Below, piece after piece: positions 1 to 10,575 of a DNA stretch of 63,698 nt (within the stretch, counting starts at the first letter, position 1; every line of letters begins with the position of its first letter). Where the stretch lies: the NCBI GenBank assembly GCA_964372875.1, contig CAYJTB010000006.1, positions 1-63,698 on the forward strand, written 5' to 3'. The stretch comes from an uncultured bacterium (GTDB lineage Bacteria > Omnitrophota > Omnitrophia > Omnitrophales > JACQLI01). Both the position numbers and the translations under genes were made by a program. The notes beneath the pieces were generated by a model. It saw nothing but the letters and a program-made list of their open reading frames with translations, was not told the origin of the DNA and did not search any database.

Positions 1-122
1 AATCGAATCCCAGAACCAATTGATGTTACACAACTTATAACCGGACAGTAGTGATGTAAAATGCAAAATGAAGATATTATTTTCTGACATTAAATCTTGC
101 ATTTTTATTTTTATTGTTTTTA

Positions 123-194
123 AGGCAGCGAGGGGAATCGAACCCCTTCATTGCGGTTTTGCAGACCGCTGCCTTCCCAGTTGGCTACGCTGCC
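123..194 (-). tRNA. tRNA-Cys (anticodon GCA)
   Basis: Cloverleaf read by eye on the minus strand. Acceptor GGCAGCG/CGCTGCC; anticodon stem GCGGT/ACCGC with loop CTGCAAA; T-arm AGGGG-TTCGATT-CCCCT. It has the A13:A22 mismatch and U73 discriminator typical of tRNA-Cys. CCA is not encoded. Confidence 0.9.
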
Positions 195-222
195 GTTCTC
201 AAGCCAGGGAAGAAATTTAGAT

Positions 223-702
223 TTAACGGAGATATTTTAATTCTTCGCCTGTGTTGGGATCAAACTTATAACGCTCGGGAAAAGTTTGCCCTGTCCTAGG
301 GTTATATTTGGTTTGGATTTCCTGACTCGGCGCCGCCGCTTGGTAACTGGGTTGGGGTTGTACCGCAGGTTGAGCGCCGCCGGAATAAGGCTGCGGGGCA
401 TATTGCGGTTGGTATTGTTGCTGCATCATTTCCTGACGAATTTCTTTTTTCACCGATTCTTTTTGACGACGCTGAGATTCACCGATCAAAGCACCGCCCA
501 AAGCGCCAAGACCCGCACCAATCGCCGTACCCGCACCTGCGTGACCCGTTTGATTACCGATAATCGCCCCTGTTCCTGCCCCCAATCCCGCTCCCAGTAG
601 CGCTCCGCCTTCTCTTTCTGACAGACCGCCCCCTGTTCCATCCGTGGCGCAGCCTGAAAAAAACAGCCCTAAAAGTGCAACGCTTGCAAGTATCTTTTTC
701 AT
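223..702 (-). CDS. Glycine-zipper lipoprotein (Rick_17kDa/Gly-zipper-like) with a Q/P-rich C-terminal half
   Basis: Lipobox signal peptide MKKILASVALLGLFFSGC. Long GxxxG run (GALLGAGLGAGTGAIIG...GAGLGALGGALIG). GGAGGG Shine-Dalgarno upstream and TATAAT at 761-766 (minus). Confidence 0.7.
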   Translation of the reverse strand: MKKILASVALLGLFFSGCATDGTGGGLSEREGGALLGAGLGAGTGAIIGNQTGHAGAGTAIGAGLGALGGALIGESQRRQKESVKKEIRQEMMQQQYQPQYAPQPYSGGAQPAVQPQPSYQAAAPSQEIQTKYNPRTGQTFPERYKFDPNTGEELKYLR

Positions 703-782
703 TTCTTGTTGTCCCTCCTATAGATTTTTATTTAATTTAATGCCTTTAAATAATGGGGTTATTATAGCGAAATTTGAAACCC

Positions 783-1442
783 TCAGGAATACTTTTTAAG
801 CTCTATCGCCCAGCCTAAAAGACGCCTGGCAAACGCCGTTTTTGAAGGAAAATGGAGGATTTGCGTCCTTTTGCAGTCAATCAGAGCGACATGCGTATCG
901 GTTTTTCCAAAAGGATTGTGCCCTCCGGTGAAATAATTAGCAACCATGCCGTCTAATTTTTTCTTGGCGAGCTTCGCGTGAGAGCGCTTAAGCCAATCTT
1001 GGGTCTCTAAGGAAAAACCCACCACAAGGCGCTTTCCTTTTTTTTCCGCAACTTTACGGACAAGGTCCGGGGCCTGGCGAAATTGGACCGACCATTTTTT
1101 CTCTCGACGGATTTTTTGTGAGGATCGCCTAACGGGAATAAAATCCCCGACCGCGGCGGCCATAACGAGAAGATCGCAGCTGGGAAAATGTTTACCGAGC
1201 GCCCGGTCAAGATCGTCTACGCTTACAACCGGAACAAACTTAATTCCTCGGGGAGCGCTCAAGGCCGTGGGCCCTGAAATCAAAGTTACTTTAAACCTCT
1301 TGCGCTTGGCCTCGCGGGCAATCGCATAACCCATTTCTCCCGTAGATAAATTAGTAATGAACCGGACCGGATCCAGCATTTCACGGGTTGGGCCTGCGGT
1401 GATAAGGACGCGGCGGACGGGATTATTTCTTTTGAGAGCCAC
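783..1442 (-). CDS. coaB: Phosphopantothenate-cysteine ligase (CoaB domain, stand-alone)
   Basis: VLITAGPTREMLDPVRFITNLSTGEMG matches the CoaB signature. GTG start overlaps the coaC 3' end by 20 nt in another frame. Confidence 0.85.
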   Translation of the reverse strand: MALKRNNPVRRVLITAGPTREMLDPVRFITNLSTGEMGYAIAREAKRKRFKVTLISGPTALSAPRGIKFVPVVSVDDLDRALGKHFPSCDLLVMAAAVGDFIPVRRSSQKIRREKKWSVQFRQAPDLVRKVAEKKGKRLVVGFSLETQDWLKRSHAKLAKKKLDGMVANYFTGGHNPFGKTDTHVALIDCKRTQILHFPSKTAFARRLLGWAIELKKYS

Positions 1443-1998
1443 GCGAACTTTGAGAATTTAGGATTTGAGTTACCTGCTGGACAATTGCCGGCGATTCTGA
1501 GATGTGACCCAAGGCTTCTTTGCCGCAGATAAGATGGCCTTTGATCGGATCGGAAAAGTGATAGCCGATTTTACGGAGTTTTCCGATATTTTCCTGGGTC
1601 ACCGGATTTTGATACATCCGGTCGTTCATGGCAGGCGCCAAAAGGACCGGACGGTCAGCGGCAAGAATAATGCTCGAGGCCAAATCATGGGCCAGACCCA
1701 CGGCAAGCCTTGCAATAAAATTGGCCGATGCGGGCGCCACCAAAATCAAATCCGCAAGATCGGCCAGGGAAGTGTGAATCACATCAAATGGAGAATGGAC
1801 CGTAAAAAAATCATCATAAACGGGCTCGCCGCTCACGGCCCGCACCGTTAGAGGTGTGACAAATTTTTTCCCGGCCTCAGTCAACACAGGAATCACCCGC
1901 GCGCCATTTTCCCGCAGCTCTTGAATGAGATCCGGGCTTTTATAGGCCGCGATGCTTCCTGTGACGATTAGAAGAACGGTCTTATTTTTGAGTTTCAA
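1423..1998 (-). CDS. coaC: Phosphopantothenoylcysteine decarboxylase (CoaC flavoprotein domain, stand-alone)
   Basis: 191-aa flavoprotein-family ORF (KTVLLIVTGSIAAYKSPDLI..., PAMN motif). Ends at the usual CoaC/CoaB domain boundary. Confidence 0.85.
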   Translation of the reverse strand: MKLKNKTVLLIVTGSIAAYKSPDLIQELRENGARVIPVLTEAGKKFVTPLTVRAVSGEPVYDDFFTVHSPFDVIHTSLADLADLILVAPASANFIARLAVGLAHDLASSIILAADRPVLLAPAMNDRMYQNPVTQENIGKLRKIGYHFSDPIKGHLICGKEALGHISESPAIVQQVTQILNSQSSRGSQKK

Positions 1999-2000
1999 CT

Positions 2001-2219
2001 TTAATCCAGGTTCTTTTTGGGTGATTTCTTAATGTCTTTGTAACTGACTTTTCCGGATGCAATCTCTTCCAAGGCAATTGTCGATACCTTCTTACTCGCC
2101 GTATTCACCAAAGGCAGTGCGCCTTGGGCAAGTTCATTCGCCCGGGCCGCCGCTGTCAGGATGAGCTTATAAAGACTGGTGTCTTTACGCATCAATTTTT
2201 CGAGTGGGATGTACGCCAT
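2001..2219 (-). CDS. rpoZ: DNA-directed RNA polymerase subunit omega
   Basis: 72 aa with an omega-like core (LYKLILTAAARANELAQG). Conserved gmk-rpoZ-coaBC context. Confidence 0.85.
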   Translation of the reverse strand: MAYIPLEKLMRKDTSLYKLILTAAARANELAQGALPLVNTASKKVSTIALEEIASGKVSYKDIKKSPKKNLD

Positions 2220-2243
2220 TTTTATTTCCTCCTTTTTTTATCG

Positions 2244-2873
2244 TTACTTCAAACTCTCAACCGCTAGCTTGCTCTGAAATTGCGAGATAAGGCCTTCAAT
2301 TTCGTACACGGTCTCATTTAAATCATGATTGATCACGGTAGCATCATACTCTTTAGCAGCTTTAATTTCCTCTTCTGCTCTTTGGATCCGTTTTTCGATA
2401 TCCTCCTGCGAATCCATCCGGCGCTTTTCAAGCCTTTCACGAAGCGCGGGAATGGAGGGAGGCAGGATAAAAATGGAGAGGAAAGGAATTTTATTTTTTA
2501 AAATTTTACGGATACTGCGCGCCCCCTGGATATCAATCGTTAACACCGCGGGCTTTCCTTCCTGGGTCGCATCTTCGATCTCTTTTTTCGGTGTGCCGTA
2601 AAATTGCCCGAAGATCTCGGCCCATTCCATAAGCTCCCCTTTTTGGCGAAGCAAAATAAATTCGCGCTCTGTGACAAATTCATAGTCGCGCCCGCTTTTT
2701 TCCTCGGTCCGGGGCTTGCGCGTTGTCACAGAAATCGAACGAACCCAATCGGGATGCCGATTAAAAAGACGGTTCATGATGGTTGTTTTTCCGCATCCTG
2801 AGGGGGCGGACAAGATGATGAGAAAACCTTTTTGCTCACTCGATATTTTGGGTTTGTTCTCTGATTTTTTCAA
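2244..2873 (-). CDS. gmk: Guanylate kinase
   Basis: P-loop SAPSGCGKTT and typical GK length. The longest ORF overlaps yicC by 38 nt, so the true start may be later. Confidence 0.9.
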   Translation of the reverse strand: MKKSENKPKISSEQKGFLIILSAPSGCGKTTIMNRLFNRHPDWVRSISVTTRKPRTEEKSGRDYEFVTEREFILLRQKGELMEWAEIFGQFYGTPKKEIEDATQEGKPAVLTIDIQGARSIRKILKNKIPFLSIFILPPSIPALRERLEKRRMDSQEDIEKRIQRAEEEIKAAKEYDATVINHDLNETVYEIEGLISQFQSKLAVESLK

Positions 2874-3711
2874 GTTCCGCCTTGACCATGATCACTTCTT
2901 TAGAAATTTCCACATTCTGCGATTTGACACTCAAGGTATTGATCTCACGGTTGATCTCCTGGAGAATAAAATCAAGCTCCTTCCCCACTTCTTGGGCCTT
3001 CGCTATTTTTTCCCTAAAAAGATGCAAATGACTTTTAAGCCGTACGGTCTCTTCTGTTACATCGGCTTTTTCTGCAATCAAAACCGCCTCCTGCCACACT
3101 CTGTCGTTTTCCGAAAATTTTTTCTCGAAGAGCTCCCCGATTCGCTCGCGAAGCCTTTCGTAATGTTCCTTAGGAATATCTTTGGCGCGTAATTCAATCC
3201 GGAAAAGCGCCTTTTCAATTTTTGTGATCCGCTCCAAAAGATCTTTGGCCAAAATCTTTCCTTCTTTTTCCCGCGAAACCATAAGTTGCTTCAAGGTGTT
3301 TTCCAAAGAAGGCTTCAGCGTGACCCAAAGTTTTTCAGGAGCAACGCTCTTTTTTTCCACGGAGAAAATCCGGGGCAGCGTCAGAATATCGCTGACGGAT
3401 AACGACCCCTCCAACCGGAGTTGTTTTTGTATCTTACGGATGGAGGAGAGATAAAATTTCAGCACCTTTTCATCGAGCGCAACATCCTCAAGCCCGGCAT
3501 TATTCGCCTCGGTAATATTGAGGGTGACCTTACCCCGGCGGATAGAGCGCTGGCAATGTTCGCGGATACGGTCTTCAAGGGCGTACAGACTAGGAGGAAC
3601 TTTCAGGGAAAACTCAAAATAGCGGTGATTTAAGGAACGAATCTCGATCGTCCAGCCGCTTGCCTGGCCTTTGGCCGAGGCCCGGGCAAAGCCTGTCATG
3701 CTTTTTATCAT
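2836..3711 (-). CDS. yicC: YicC/YloC family stress-induced protein
   Basis: N-terminal MIKSMTGFA, 291 aa, helical C-terminal region typical of the family. Confidence 0.85.
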   Translation of the reverse strand: MIKSMTGFARASAKGQASGWTIEIRSLNHRYFEFSLKVPPSLYALEDRIREHCQRSIRRGKVTLNITEANNAGLEDVALDEKVLKFYLSSIRKIQKQLRLEGSLSVSDILTLPRIFSVEKKSVAPEKLWVTLKPSLENTLKQLMVSREKEGKILAKDLLERITKIEKALFRIELRAKDIPKEHYERLRERIGELFEKKFSENDRVWQEAVLIAEKADVTEETVRLKSHLHLFREKIAKAQEVGKELDFILQEINREINTLSVKSQNVEISKEVIMVKAELEKIREQTQNIE

Positions 3712-3774
3712 CCCACCACCTGCACAAGGTGGTTCAAGGCAAGATGGTTCAAAAAAACATAAGCTGGTGGTGGG
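3712..3774 (-). promoter_or_regulatory. Inverted repeats able to sequester the yicC Shine-Dalgarno (putative translational control element)
   Basis: On the mRNA strand GGUGGUGGG abuts the yicC AUG. It can pair with a proximal CCACC (7-nt loop) or with a perfect distal CCCACCACC (rc of 3766-3774). Confidence 0.3.
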
Positions 3775-3800
3775 ATCATAAGCGGCAGATTATAGAAGAC

Positions 3801-4496
3801 TTAGCTAAGAGATTGCAAGATATCCCTGGTAGCCTGCTTCGGATCAGGCGCAGCCGTAATCGGCCGGCCTACTACCAGGTAATTCGCTCCCTGTTCCAGT
3901 GCCTGGCGAGGCTTGAGGCTGCGGCTCTGGTCATTCGGGTCACTTCCGGCCGGGCGCACCCCCGGGGTCACGATCACAAAGCCCTTTCCAAACTTTGACC
4001 GCAGCGACTGGGTCTCCTCAGGCGAGGCCACGACCCCATCCAGACCGGCTTCTTTAACCAGACCCGCCAAAGAAAGAACCTCCTCCCGAAGGGGACGTGT
4101 GATACCTAGCTCCTCGGAAAGATTTTTCTCTTCATGGCTGGTGAGGATCGTAACGCCTAGCGTGATAGGTTTTCTTTCATTGCTACATTCTTGATCCACA
4201 GCCAATCGGACCTCGTGCATCATCTTAAGCCCGCCCAAGGAATGCACGTTGAACATAAAAACCCCGCGGCGCGCAATCACCCTGGATGTTTTTGCAACGG
4301 TCGTGGGAATGTCGTGGAGTTTGAGATCTAGAAAAACTTCTGCGCCGGAAGCCTTCACCAAATCAACCGCCTGCCAGCCATGAGCGGTAAAAAGTTCGCT
4401 CCCTACTTTGTAAATTTTGACAAGGCCTCGGAGCTGGCCAAGAAGTTTTTTACAGCTTTCAAGGTCCGAATAATCAAGAGCGACGATAAGGCTCAA
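3801..4496 (-). CDS. pyrF: Orotidine 5'-phosphate decarboxylase
   Basis: LIVALDY and DLKLHDIPTTV motifs; TTG start. Confidence 0.9.
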   Translation of the reverse strand: MSLIVALDYSDLESCKKLLGQLRGLVKIYKVGSELFTAHGWQAVDLVKASGAEVFLDLKLHDIPTTVAKTSRVIARRGVFMFNVHSLGGLKMMHEVRLAVDQECSNERKPITLGVTILTSHEEKNLSEELGITRPLREEVLSLAGLVKEAGLDGVVASPEETQSLRSKFGKGFVIVTPGVRPAGSDPNDQSRSLKPRQALEQGANYLVVGRPITAAPDPKQATRDILQSLS

Positions 4497-5406
4497 GCGT
4501 TCCTCGCAGTTGGTTCAGTGTTTTAATTTTTTGTTTTTGACAGAAGGACTCAATTCCTTCCAGGATATCAAGCGTTGCCCGGGGATTTACAAAATTGGCT
4601 GTCCCCACAGCCAGAAGATCCGCACCCGCAATCAAAAATTCGATGGCGTCTTCCCAGGTCGTAATCCCTCCGGAGGCGATGATAGGAATTTTGGGAAGTC
4701 CCCGTTTGACCTCGTAGACATACCGTAAGGCAATGGGCCGAATGGCCGGACCACTGAGCCCTCCGGTCCCGGCATATATTTTGGGCTTCTTTGAATAAAT
4801 ATTAATCGCCATCCCACGCAGTGTGTTGATCAGACTCAAGCCATTCGCCCCGGCACTCACCGCTTCTCTTGCGATCTCGGTTACATCCCCAAGTTCAGGG
4901 GATAATTTGGCAAAGATAAATTGCTTGGTTTCTTTTCGCACGGCCTGAATGGTTTTGGTGATGAGTTTTTGTTCCCGGATGGCGCGCACGCCCCCTTTTT
5001 CTACATTGGGACAGGAAAGATTGAGTTCAAGGGCTGTGATGGCCCCGCGGTGGCAATCAAGTTCCCGGGCAAGTTTTGAAAATTCCTCGGTGGTTTCCCC
5101 TGCGATATTAACAATCAGAGGAATTCTGTTTTTTTCAAAATAAGGGAGTTTGTTTTTAATAAAATCCTGGACTCCTTTATTTTGCAGACCGATCGCGTTG
5201 AGCATGCCGGCCGAGGTCTCGCAAATCCGAGGCATGGGATTTCCCGGCCGCGGGTGAAGCGTGATCGTTTTGGCGATCACCGCGCCTAATTTTTTATAGT
5301 CGACGAAGCGGGCGTACTCATCTTTGACCCCGAAAGTCCCGGACGCAACGGTCACAGGATTTTGAAATTTAAGAGGGCCAACAGTGGTTGTGAGATTGGG
5401 CGTCAT
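4474..5406 (-). CDS. pyrD: Dihydroorotate dehydrogenase (class 1B) catalytic subunit
   Basis: NLSCPNV active-site region. Paired with the pyrK electron-transfer subunit upstream. Confidence 0.9.
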   Translation of the reverse strand: MTPNLTTTVGPLKFQNPVTVASGTFGVKDEYARFVDYKKLGAVIAKTITLHPRPGNPMPRICETSAGMLNAIGLQNKGVQDFIKNKLPYFEKNRIPLIVNIAGETTEEFSKLARELDCHRGAITALELNLSCPNVEKGGVRAIREQKLITKTIQAVRKETKQFIFAKLSPELGDVTEIAREAVSAGANGLSLINTLRGMAINIYSKKPKIYAGTGGLSGPAIRPIALRYVYEVKRGLPKIPIIASGGITTWEDAIEFLIAGADLLAVGTANFVNPRATLDILEGIESFCQKQKIKTLNQLRGTLEPYRRS

Positions 5407-6170
5407 GACTTTACCATCTCATCGAACCCAAAGACAGGTCCTTCGGTGCACGAAGGCGTCCAGCCCTTATGCGTGCGCACCATACAGCCCAGACAGACAC
5501 CGACGCCGCACGCCATTCTTTCTTCCCACGAGGCCTCTCCTGCCACCCCGAGGCGGTTCGCAATTTCCATTACCCGTTCCATCATCTGGGTTGGCCCGCA
5601 GGTTTGGATGAAATACTCCGAAGGGTTCGCTTTTTCTTTTTCAAAAAGATTTTCCAGAAGTACTGTCACAAGACCTTTCGTTCCATAGGAGCCGTTGTCT
5701 GTCGTATAGGAAATTCCTTTTCGAATTTTTTTTATTTCGCCAGGCGGGAGAACGTGTTGATGACTCTTTGCTCCAATGAAGAATCGGTCGCAGCCGTATT
5801 CTTCGGCAAGAAAGACCAAGGGCGGAACCCCGACTCCGCCGCCCACTAAAATTCTTTTTCTCTTTCCGATATTTTTTGAAAACTCGCGGCCCAAGGGCCC
5901 CATGATCCGGAGCGTATCCCCTTTTTTGTATCGCGCTAAAAGTGCGGTTCCACGGCCCAGGATTTCATAAAGGACTTCGATGCGCTCCCCCGTGACACGG
6001 TAATAACTGAAAGGCCGCCTCAAAAAGGGATCCTGTGTGGAATCAATTTTAAGATGGAGAAATTGCCCGGGTTTGACTTGTCCGGAAAGCCGCTTCGAGC
6101 GAAAGGAAAGCTTAAAATACTCTTCGTTAATCTTTCCGTTGCCCAGAAGCGTTACGGCTTCATCATACAT
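5403..6170 (-). CDS. pyrK: Dihydroorotate dehydrogenase electron-transfer subunit
   Basis: FNR-like fold with C-terminal 2Fe-2S motif CGVGVCLGC. 4-nt overlap with pyrD. Confidence 0.9.
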   Translation of the reverse strand: MYDEAVTLLGNGKINEEYFKLSFRSKRLSGQVKPGQFLHLKIDSTQDPFLRRPFSYYRVTGERIEVLYEILGRGTALLARYKKGDTLRIMGPLGREFSKNIGKRKRILVGGGVGVPPLVFLAEEYGCDRFFIGAKSHQHVLPPGEIKKIRKGISYTTDNGSYGTKGLVTVLLENLFEKEKANPSEYFIQTCGPTQMMERVMEIANRLGVAGEASWEERMACGVGVCLGCMVRTHKGWTPSCTEGPVFGFDEMVKS

Positions 6171-9100
6171 AGATCGCGATGATAATCTTGAATGGTGCGA
6201 ACGCCTGGCATTCCTTTTTGCGCCGACTTAATCCCCTCCACGGCCATCCGCGCGGCATTAAGCGTCGTAATGCATGGGATATTGAAAGAGACGGCGAGCG
6301 AGCGGATTTTTGCTTCATCCAACATCGGTCCTTTTCCCGAAGGGGTGTTGATCAAAAGTTGGATCTTGCCTTCCTTGATTAAATCACCCACATTGGGTTT
6401 GCCTTCCGCTAATTTGTGGATGACCGCCACTTGAATTCCTTCTTTTTTAAGCTGTTCCGCCGTGCCCTTGGTCGCCACCAATGAGAATCCTAATTCGGAG
6501 AGTTGTTTGGCAATGGGAATGATTTTAGATTTGTCGTTGTTTTTCACACTCACAAAAACTTGTCCCTTCAGGGGAAGCCTGGCCGAGGCGGCTTCTTGGG
6601 ATTTAAAAAAAGCGGTGCCGAGTTCTTGATCGATCCCCATGACTTCTCCCGTAGATTTCATTTCCGGTGACAAAATGATATCAACGCCCGGAAATTTTAT
6701 GAAGGGAAAAACGGATTCTTTTACGGAAATATGGCGGGGCCAAATTTCCTGGCTAAAACCCAGCTCGGGTAATAACTTCCCCACCATGACTTTGGCGGCA
6801 AGGCGGGCCAAAGGAACCCCAATGGCCTTACTCGTAAAGGGGACCGTTCGCGAGGCGCGCGGGTTTACCTCAAGACAGTAAATCGTCCCGTCTTTGACGG
6901 CATATTGAACATTCATGAGCCCTACGACTTTAAGTTCCCGGCCAAGCTGTTTGGTTTTAAGGATGAGTTCATCCACTAATTCTTTCTTTAAAGAAAAGGG
7001 AGGAAGCACCATCGCGCTGTCACCGGAATGGATTCCCGCCTCTTCAATATGTTCCAAGACTCCGCCTACCACATAATTTTTGCCGTCCCCGATCAAATCC
7101 ACATCGATTTCAAGGGCGTCTTCCAGAAATTGATCAATTAAAACAGGATGTTCTTCGCTGGCCTCCACCGCCTGCTTGATGTACTTGCCAAATGATTCCT
7201 CGTCATAAGCAATCTCCATCGCGCGGCCGCCCAGAACATAAGAAGGACGGATCACCACCGGATAGCCGATCTTTTCTGCCACCACCTTAGCTTCTTCCAG
7301 GCCAAAAGCGATGCCGTTTTTGGGCTGGGTCAATCCGATTTTTTGTAAGAGGGCTTTGAATTTCTCACGGTCTTCTGCAATATCAATCGATTCCGGTGAG
7401 GTTCCAAGAATTTTGACGCCGTGTTTTTTAAGGGCATTCGTAAGATTAAGCGGCGTCTGGCCGCCCAGTTCGACAATCACACCGATAGGTTTTTCGCGTT
7501 CCCATATATTTAAGATATCCTCGAGGGTGAGCGGCTCAAAGAAAAGTTTGTCCGAAGTATCATAGTCCGTGCTGACTGTTTCCGGATTCGAATTGACCAT
7601 GATGGTCTCATAACCCAATTCTTTCAAGGCCATGACCGCCTGCACACAACAGTAATCAAATTCGATTCCCTGCCCGATACGGTTCGGGCCGCCTCCCAAG
7701 ATCATCACTTTTTGTTTATTTGAAGCAATGGTTTCGTCTTCCTCTTCATACGTAGAGTAAAAATAGGGCGTATAGGCGCGGAATTCTGCGGCACAGGTAT
7801 CAACTAATTTGTAAACCGCCTCGATACCTTCCTTTTTACGTAAAGCCCGGATCTCATCTTCCGTGGATTTAAAATAAAAGGCGAGCTGGTGATCTGAGAA
7901 ACCGTATTGTTTGGCTTTTTTTAGCATCATTCTGGAGGTGGGGTTCAGAATGACGTCCGTTTTCAACAATTCTTTTTCTAATTCTATAATCTGTTTGATT
8001 TGCTCCAAAAACCAGATATCGACTTTGGAGCTTTGGCTGATCTCTTCGGCGCTCAATCCTGCGTAGAAAGCATATTTGATATAAAAAATCCGGTCCGGTT
8101 TAGGAATGGCGATGTAGTCCAGAATTTTCTTCCTAAGTGCTTGTTTCTGGGGTGCTGTTTTAATCCAGCTTAAGAGTTTCTCCTTGGTATCCAACACCTC
8201 CTCAAAAACTTTGTCTTTGCCGTCTCCTCCGCAACCAAAGCGTTTGATCTCAAGTCCGCGCAGCCCTTTTTGAAGCGCTTCTTTAAACGTTCGCCCGATG
8301 GCCATGGTCTCACCGACTGATTTCATCTGAGTGGTCAAGGTGTCGTCCACTCCCTCAAATTTTTCAAAGGCAAAACGCGGGATCTTCACCACACAGTAAT
8401 CGATCGAAGGCTCAAACGAAGCGGGTGTGTATTGGGTGATGTCATTGGGGATTTCATCAAGCGTATAGCCCACCGCAAGTTTGGCGGCAAATTTGGCGAT
8501 GGGAAAGCCCGTGGCTTTCGATGCTAGCGCTGAGGAGCGCGAGACGCGAGGGTTCATTTCGATCACCACCATGCGGCCGGTCGTGGGTTCCACTGCGAAT
8601 TGAATGTTGGAACCGCCCGTCTCAACTCCTATTTCGCGAATGACTTTGCGGGCCGCATCGCGCATCCTTTGATATTCTTTATCTGTTAAGGTCTGGGCCG
8701 GCGCCACCGTGATGGAATCCCCCGTGTGAACGCCCATGGGATCAAAATTTTCAATCGAACAGATCACGACAAAATTATCTTTGATGTCTCGCATGACTTC
8801 GAGTTCAAATTCTTTCCAGCCCAGGACGGATTCTTCGATGAGGATTTCGTGAATGGCGCTATATTCGAGACCGAGTCTTGACCTGTATTCCAATTGCTCC
8901 TGGTTAAAACAAACTCCACTCCCCGATCCCCCCAGCGTGAAACTCGGACGAACCACCACGGGGTATCCAATTTGGTCTGCGACCTTAACAGCCTCATCCA
9001 CCGAGTGGGCAAAGCTGGATCTTAGAAGATCGAGACCGATTTTTTGCATCGCTTCCTTAAATTGTTGACGGTCTTCAGCCTTTTTGATGGCTTCGTATTT

Positions 9101-9454
9101 GGCACCGATTAGTTCCACGCCATATTTTTTGAAGATCCCTTTTTCATAGGCTTCGACTGCGACATTCAAACCCGTTTGGCCGCCCATCGTAGGAAGACAC
9201 GCATCAGGTTTTTCTTTTTCGATGATCTTTTCCAGGAAGCCTACGGTGATAGGTTCGATATACGTTCGTTCCGCCGTCTCCGGATCCGTCATGATCGTGG
9301 CCGGATTGGAATTGATGAGGACCACTTGGTATCCCTCTTCCTTCAAGGCCTTGCAGGCTTGGGTCCCGGAGTAATCGAACTCGCAGGCCTGTCCGATAAT
9401 GATGGGGCCGGATCCAATGATAAGAATTTTCTGGATGTCCGTACGTTTAGGCAT
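6152..9454 (-). CDS. carB: Carbamoyl-phosphate synthase large subunit
   Basis: 1100 aa with two homologous ATP-grasp halves and a C-terminal MGS-like domain. Confidence 0.95.
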   Translation of the reverse strand: MPKRTDIQKILIIGSGPIIIGQACEFDYSGTQACKALKEEGYQVVLINSNPATIMTDPETAERTYIEPITVGFLEKIIEKEKPDACLPTMGGQTGLNVAVEAYEKGIFKKYGVELIGAKYEAIKKAEDRQQFKEAMQKIGLDLLRSSFAHSVDEAVKVADQIGYPVVVRPSFTLGGSGSGVCFNQEQLEYRSRLGLEYSAIHEILIEESVLGWKEFELEVMRDIKDNFVVICSIENFDPMGVHTGDSITVAPAQTLTDKEYQRMRDAARKVIREIGVETGGSNIQFAVEPTTGRMVVIEMNPRVSRSSALASKATGFPIAKFAAKLAVGYTLDEIPNDITQYTPASFEPSIDYCVVKIPRFAFEKFEGVDDTLTTQMKSVGETMAIGRTFKEALQKGLRGLEIKRFGCGGDGKDKVFEEVLDTKEKLLSWIKTAPQKQALRKKILDYIAIPKPDRIFYIKYAFYAGLSAEEISQSSKVDIWFLEQIKQIIELEKELLKTDVILNPTSRMMLKKAKQYGFSDHQLAFYFKSTEDEIRALRKKEGIEAVYKLVDTCAAEFRAYTPYFYSTYEEEDETIASNKQKVMILGGGPNRIGQGIEFDYCCVQAVMALKELGYETIMVNSNPETVSTDYDTSDKLFFEPLTLEDILNIWEREKPIGVIVELGGQTPLNLTNALKKHGVKILGTSPESIDIAEDREKFKALLQKIGLTQPKNGIAFGLEEAKVVAEKIGYPVVIRPSYVLGGRAMEIAYDEESFGKYIKQAVEASEEHPVLIDQFLEDALEIDVDLIGDGKNYVVGGVLEHIEEAGIHSGDSAMVLPPFSLKKELVDELILKTKQLGRELKVVGLMNVQYAVKDGTIYCLEVNPRASRTVPFTSKAIGVPLARLAAKVMVGKLLPELGFSQEIWPRHISVKESVFPFIKFPGVDIILSPEMKSTGEVMGIDQELGTAFFKSQEAASARLPLKGQVFVSVKNNDKSKIIPIAKQLSELGFSLVATKGTAEQLKKEGIQVAVIHKLAEGKPNVGDLIKEGKIQLLINTPSGKGPMLDEAKIRSLAVSFNIPCITTLNAARMAVEGIKSAQKGMPGVRTIQDYHRDLCMMKP

Positions 9455-10571
9455 GAGAGCTCACCATGTCATAAAATCTTTCAAAGAGATAATCGCTGTC
9501 ATGAGGACCGGGTGAATTTTCCGGGTGATACTGAACTGAAAACACCGGGTATTTTTTGTGGCGCATTCCTTCTACGGTGTGATCATTCAGATTGATGTGC
9601 GTGACCTCGATTTCATCTTTGGGAACAGATTCAAGATCCACGGCAAATCCATGATTTTGACTCGTGACCTCAATTTTTTTGGTCGTCAAGTCCATCACCG
9701 GATGATTGCCCCCGCGGTGGCCAAATTTAAGTTTGTAAGTCTTCCCGCCTAAGGCATGACCCAGAATCTGATGACCGAGACAGATCCCAAAAATGGGGAC
9801 TTTACCCACAAGCCTACGCGTGTTTTCTATTAAATAGGTAACGGCTGCCGGATCGCCGGGGCCATTGGAGAGAAAAACGCCGTCGGGTTTATAGTTTAAA
9901 ATTTCTTGGGCCGTCGTGGTAGCGGGGACCACTTTCACACGAAACCCGTGTTGATTTAATTTTCGAAGGATGGTCTTTTTAATGCCGCCATCGACACACA
10001 CTGCGAAATATTTTTTGGCTTTAAGCGCCGTTTTTTCCGGCCACTCGTAGCCCGCAAGGAGCGTCTCACTGAAATCATAGGCTGCTTTGCATGTGACTTC
10101 TTTGACAAGATCCGCGCCGACAATGCTGGGAAAATCCTGCACTTTTTTCATAAGTTTTTTCGGATCAAGCTCCACGGTAGAGATGCCGCCTTTTTTCGCC
10201 CCGTGATCGCGGAGGTGTTTGGTGAGTTTTCGGGTGTCAATTCCTTCGATTCCCACAACCCTGTGTTTCTTCAAGTATTCATCCAAAGACATTTGAGAAC
10301 GGAAGTTACTCACCACCGGACTTAATTCTTTGACAATAAACCCTTCCACCCACGGATGCTTGGATTCTTCGTCATCAAGATTGATCCCATAATTTCCGAT
10401 GTGAGGATAAGTCATGGTCACGATCTGGCCTTTGTAAGAGGGGTCGGTCAGAATTTCCTGGTAGCCCATAAGCGACGTGTTGAAAACAATTTCGCCGAAA
10501 GTCTCGCCTCGGAAACCAAAACTTGCCCCTTCAAAGATCAGTCCGTCTTCAAGTGCAAGAATTGCTTTCAT
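9447..10571 (-). CDS. carA: Carbamoyl-phosphate synthase small subunit (glutaminase)
   Basis: GATase motif GICLGHQ. Start moved to ATG at 10571 ([10 protein letters not shown], canonical CarA N-terminus). The longest ORF (to 10688) would run 113 nt into pyrC. Confidence 0.9.
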   Translation of the reverse strand: MKAILALEDGLIFEGASFGFRGETFGEIVFNTSLMGYQEILTDPSYKGQIVTMTYPHIGNYGINLDDEESKHPWVEGFIVKELSPVVSNFRSQMSLDEYLKKHRVVGIEGIDTRKLTKHLRDHGAKKGGISTVELDPKKLMKKVQDFPSIVGADLVKEVTCKAAYDFSETLLAGYEWPEKTALKAKKYFAVCVDGGIKKTILRKLNQHGFRVKVVPATTTAQEILNYKPDGVFLSNGPGDPAAVTYLIENTRRLVGKVPIFGICLGHQILGHALGGKTYKLKFGHRGGNHPVMDLTTKKIEVTSQNHGFAVDLESVPKDEIEVTHINLNDHTVEGMRHKKYPVFSVQYHPENSPGPHDSDYLFERFYDMVSSHA

Positions 10572-10575
10572 AGGA

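Noticed and set aside
1-80. A T-arm-like motif (rc GGGATTCGATT...) at the very start of the window, possibly the cut end of another minus-strand tRNA next to tRNA-Cys.
   Set aside because: Only half a T-arm is inside the window. I could not fold an anticodon or D arm from the adjacent 60 nt in either orientation, so it cannot be evaluated here.
114-299. 61-aa plus-strand ORF.
   Set aside because: It reads straight through the complement of tRNA-Cys, so it is spurious.
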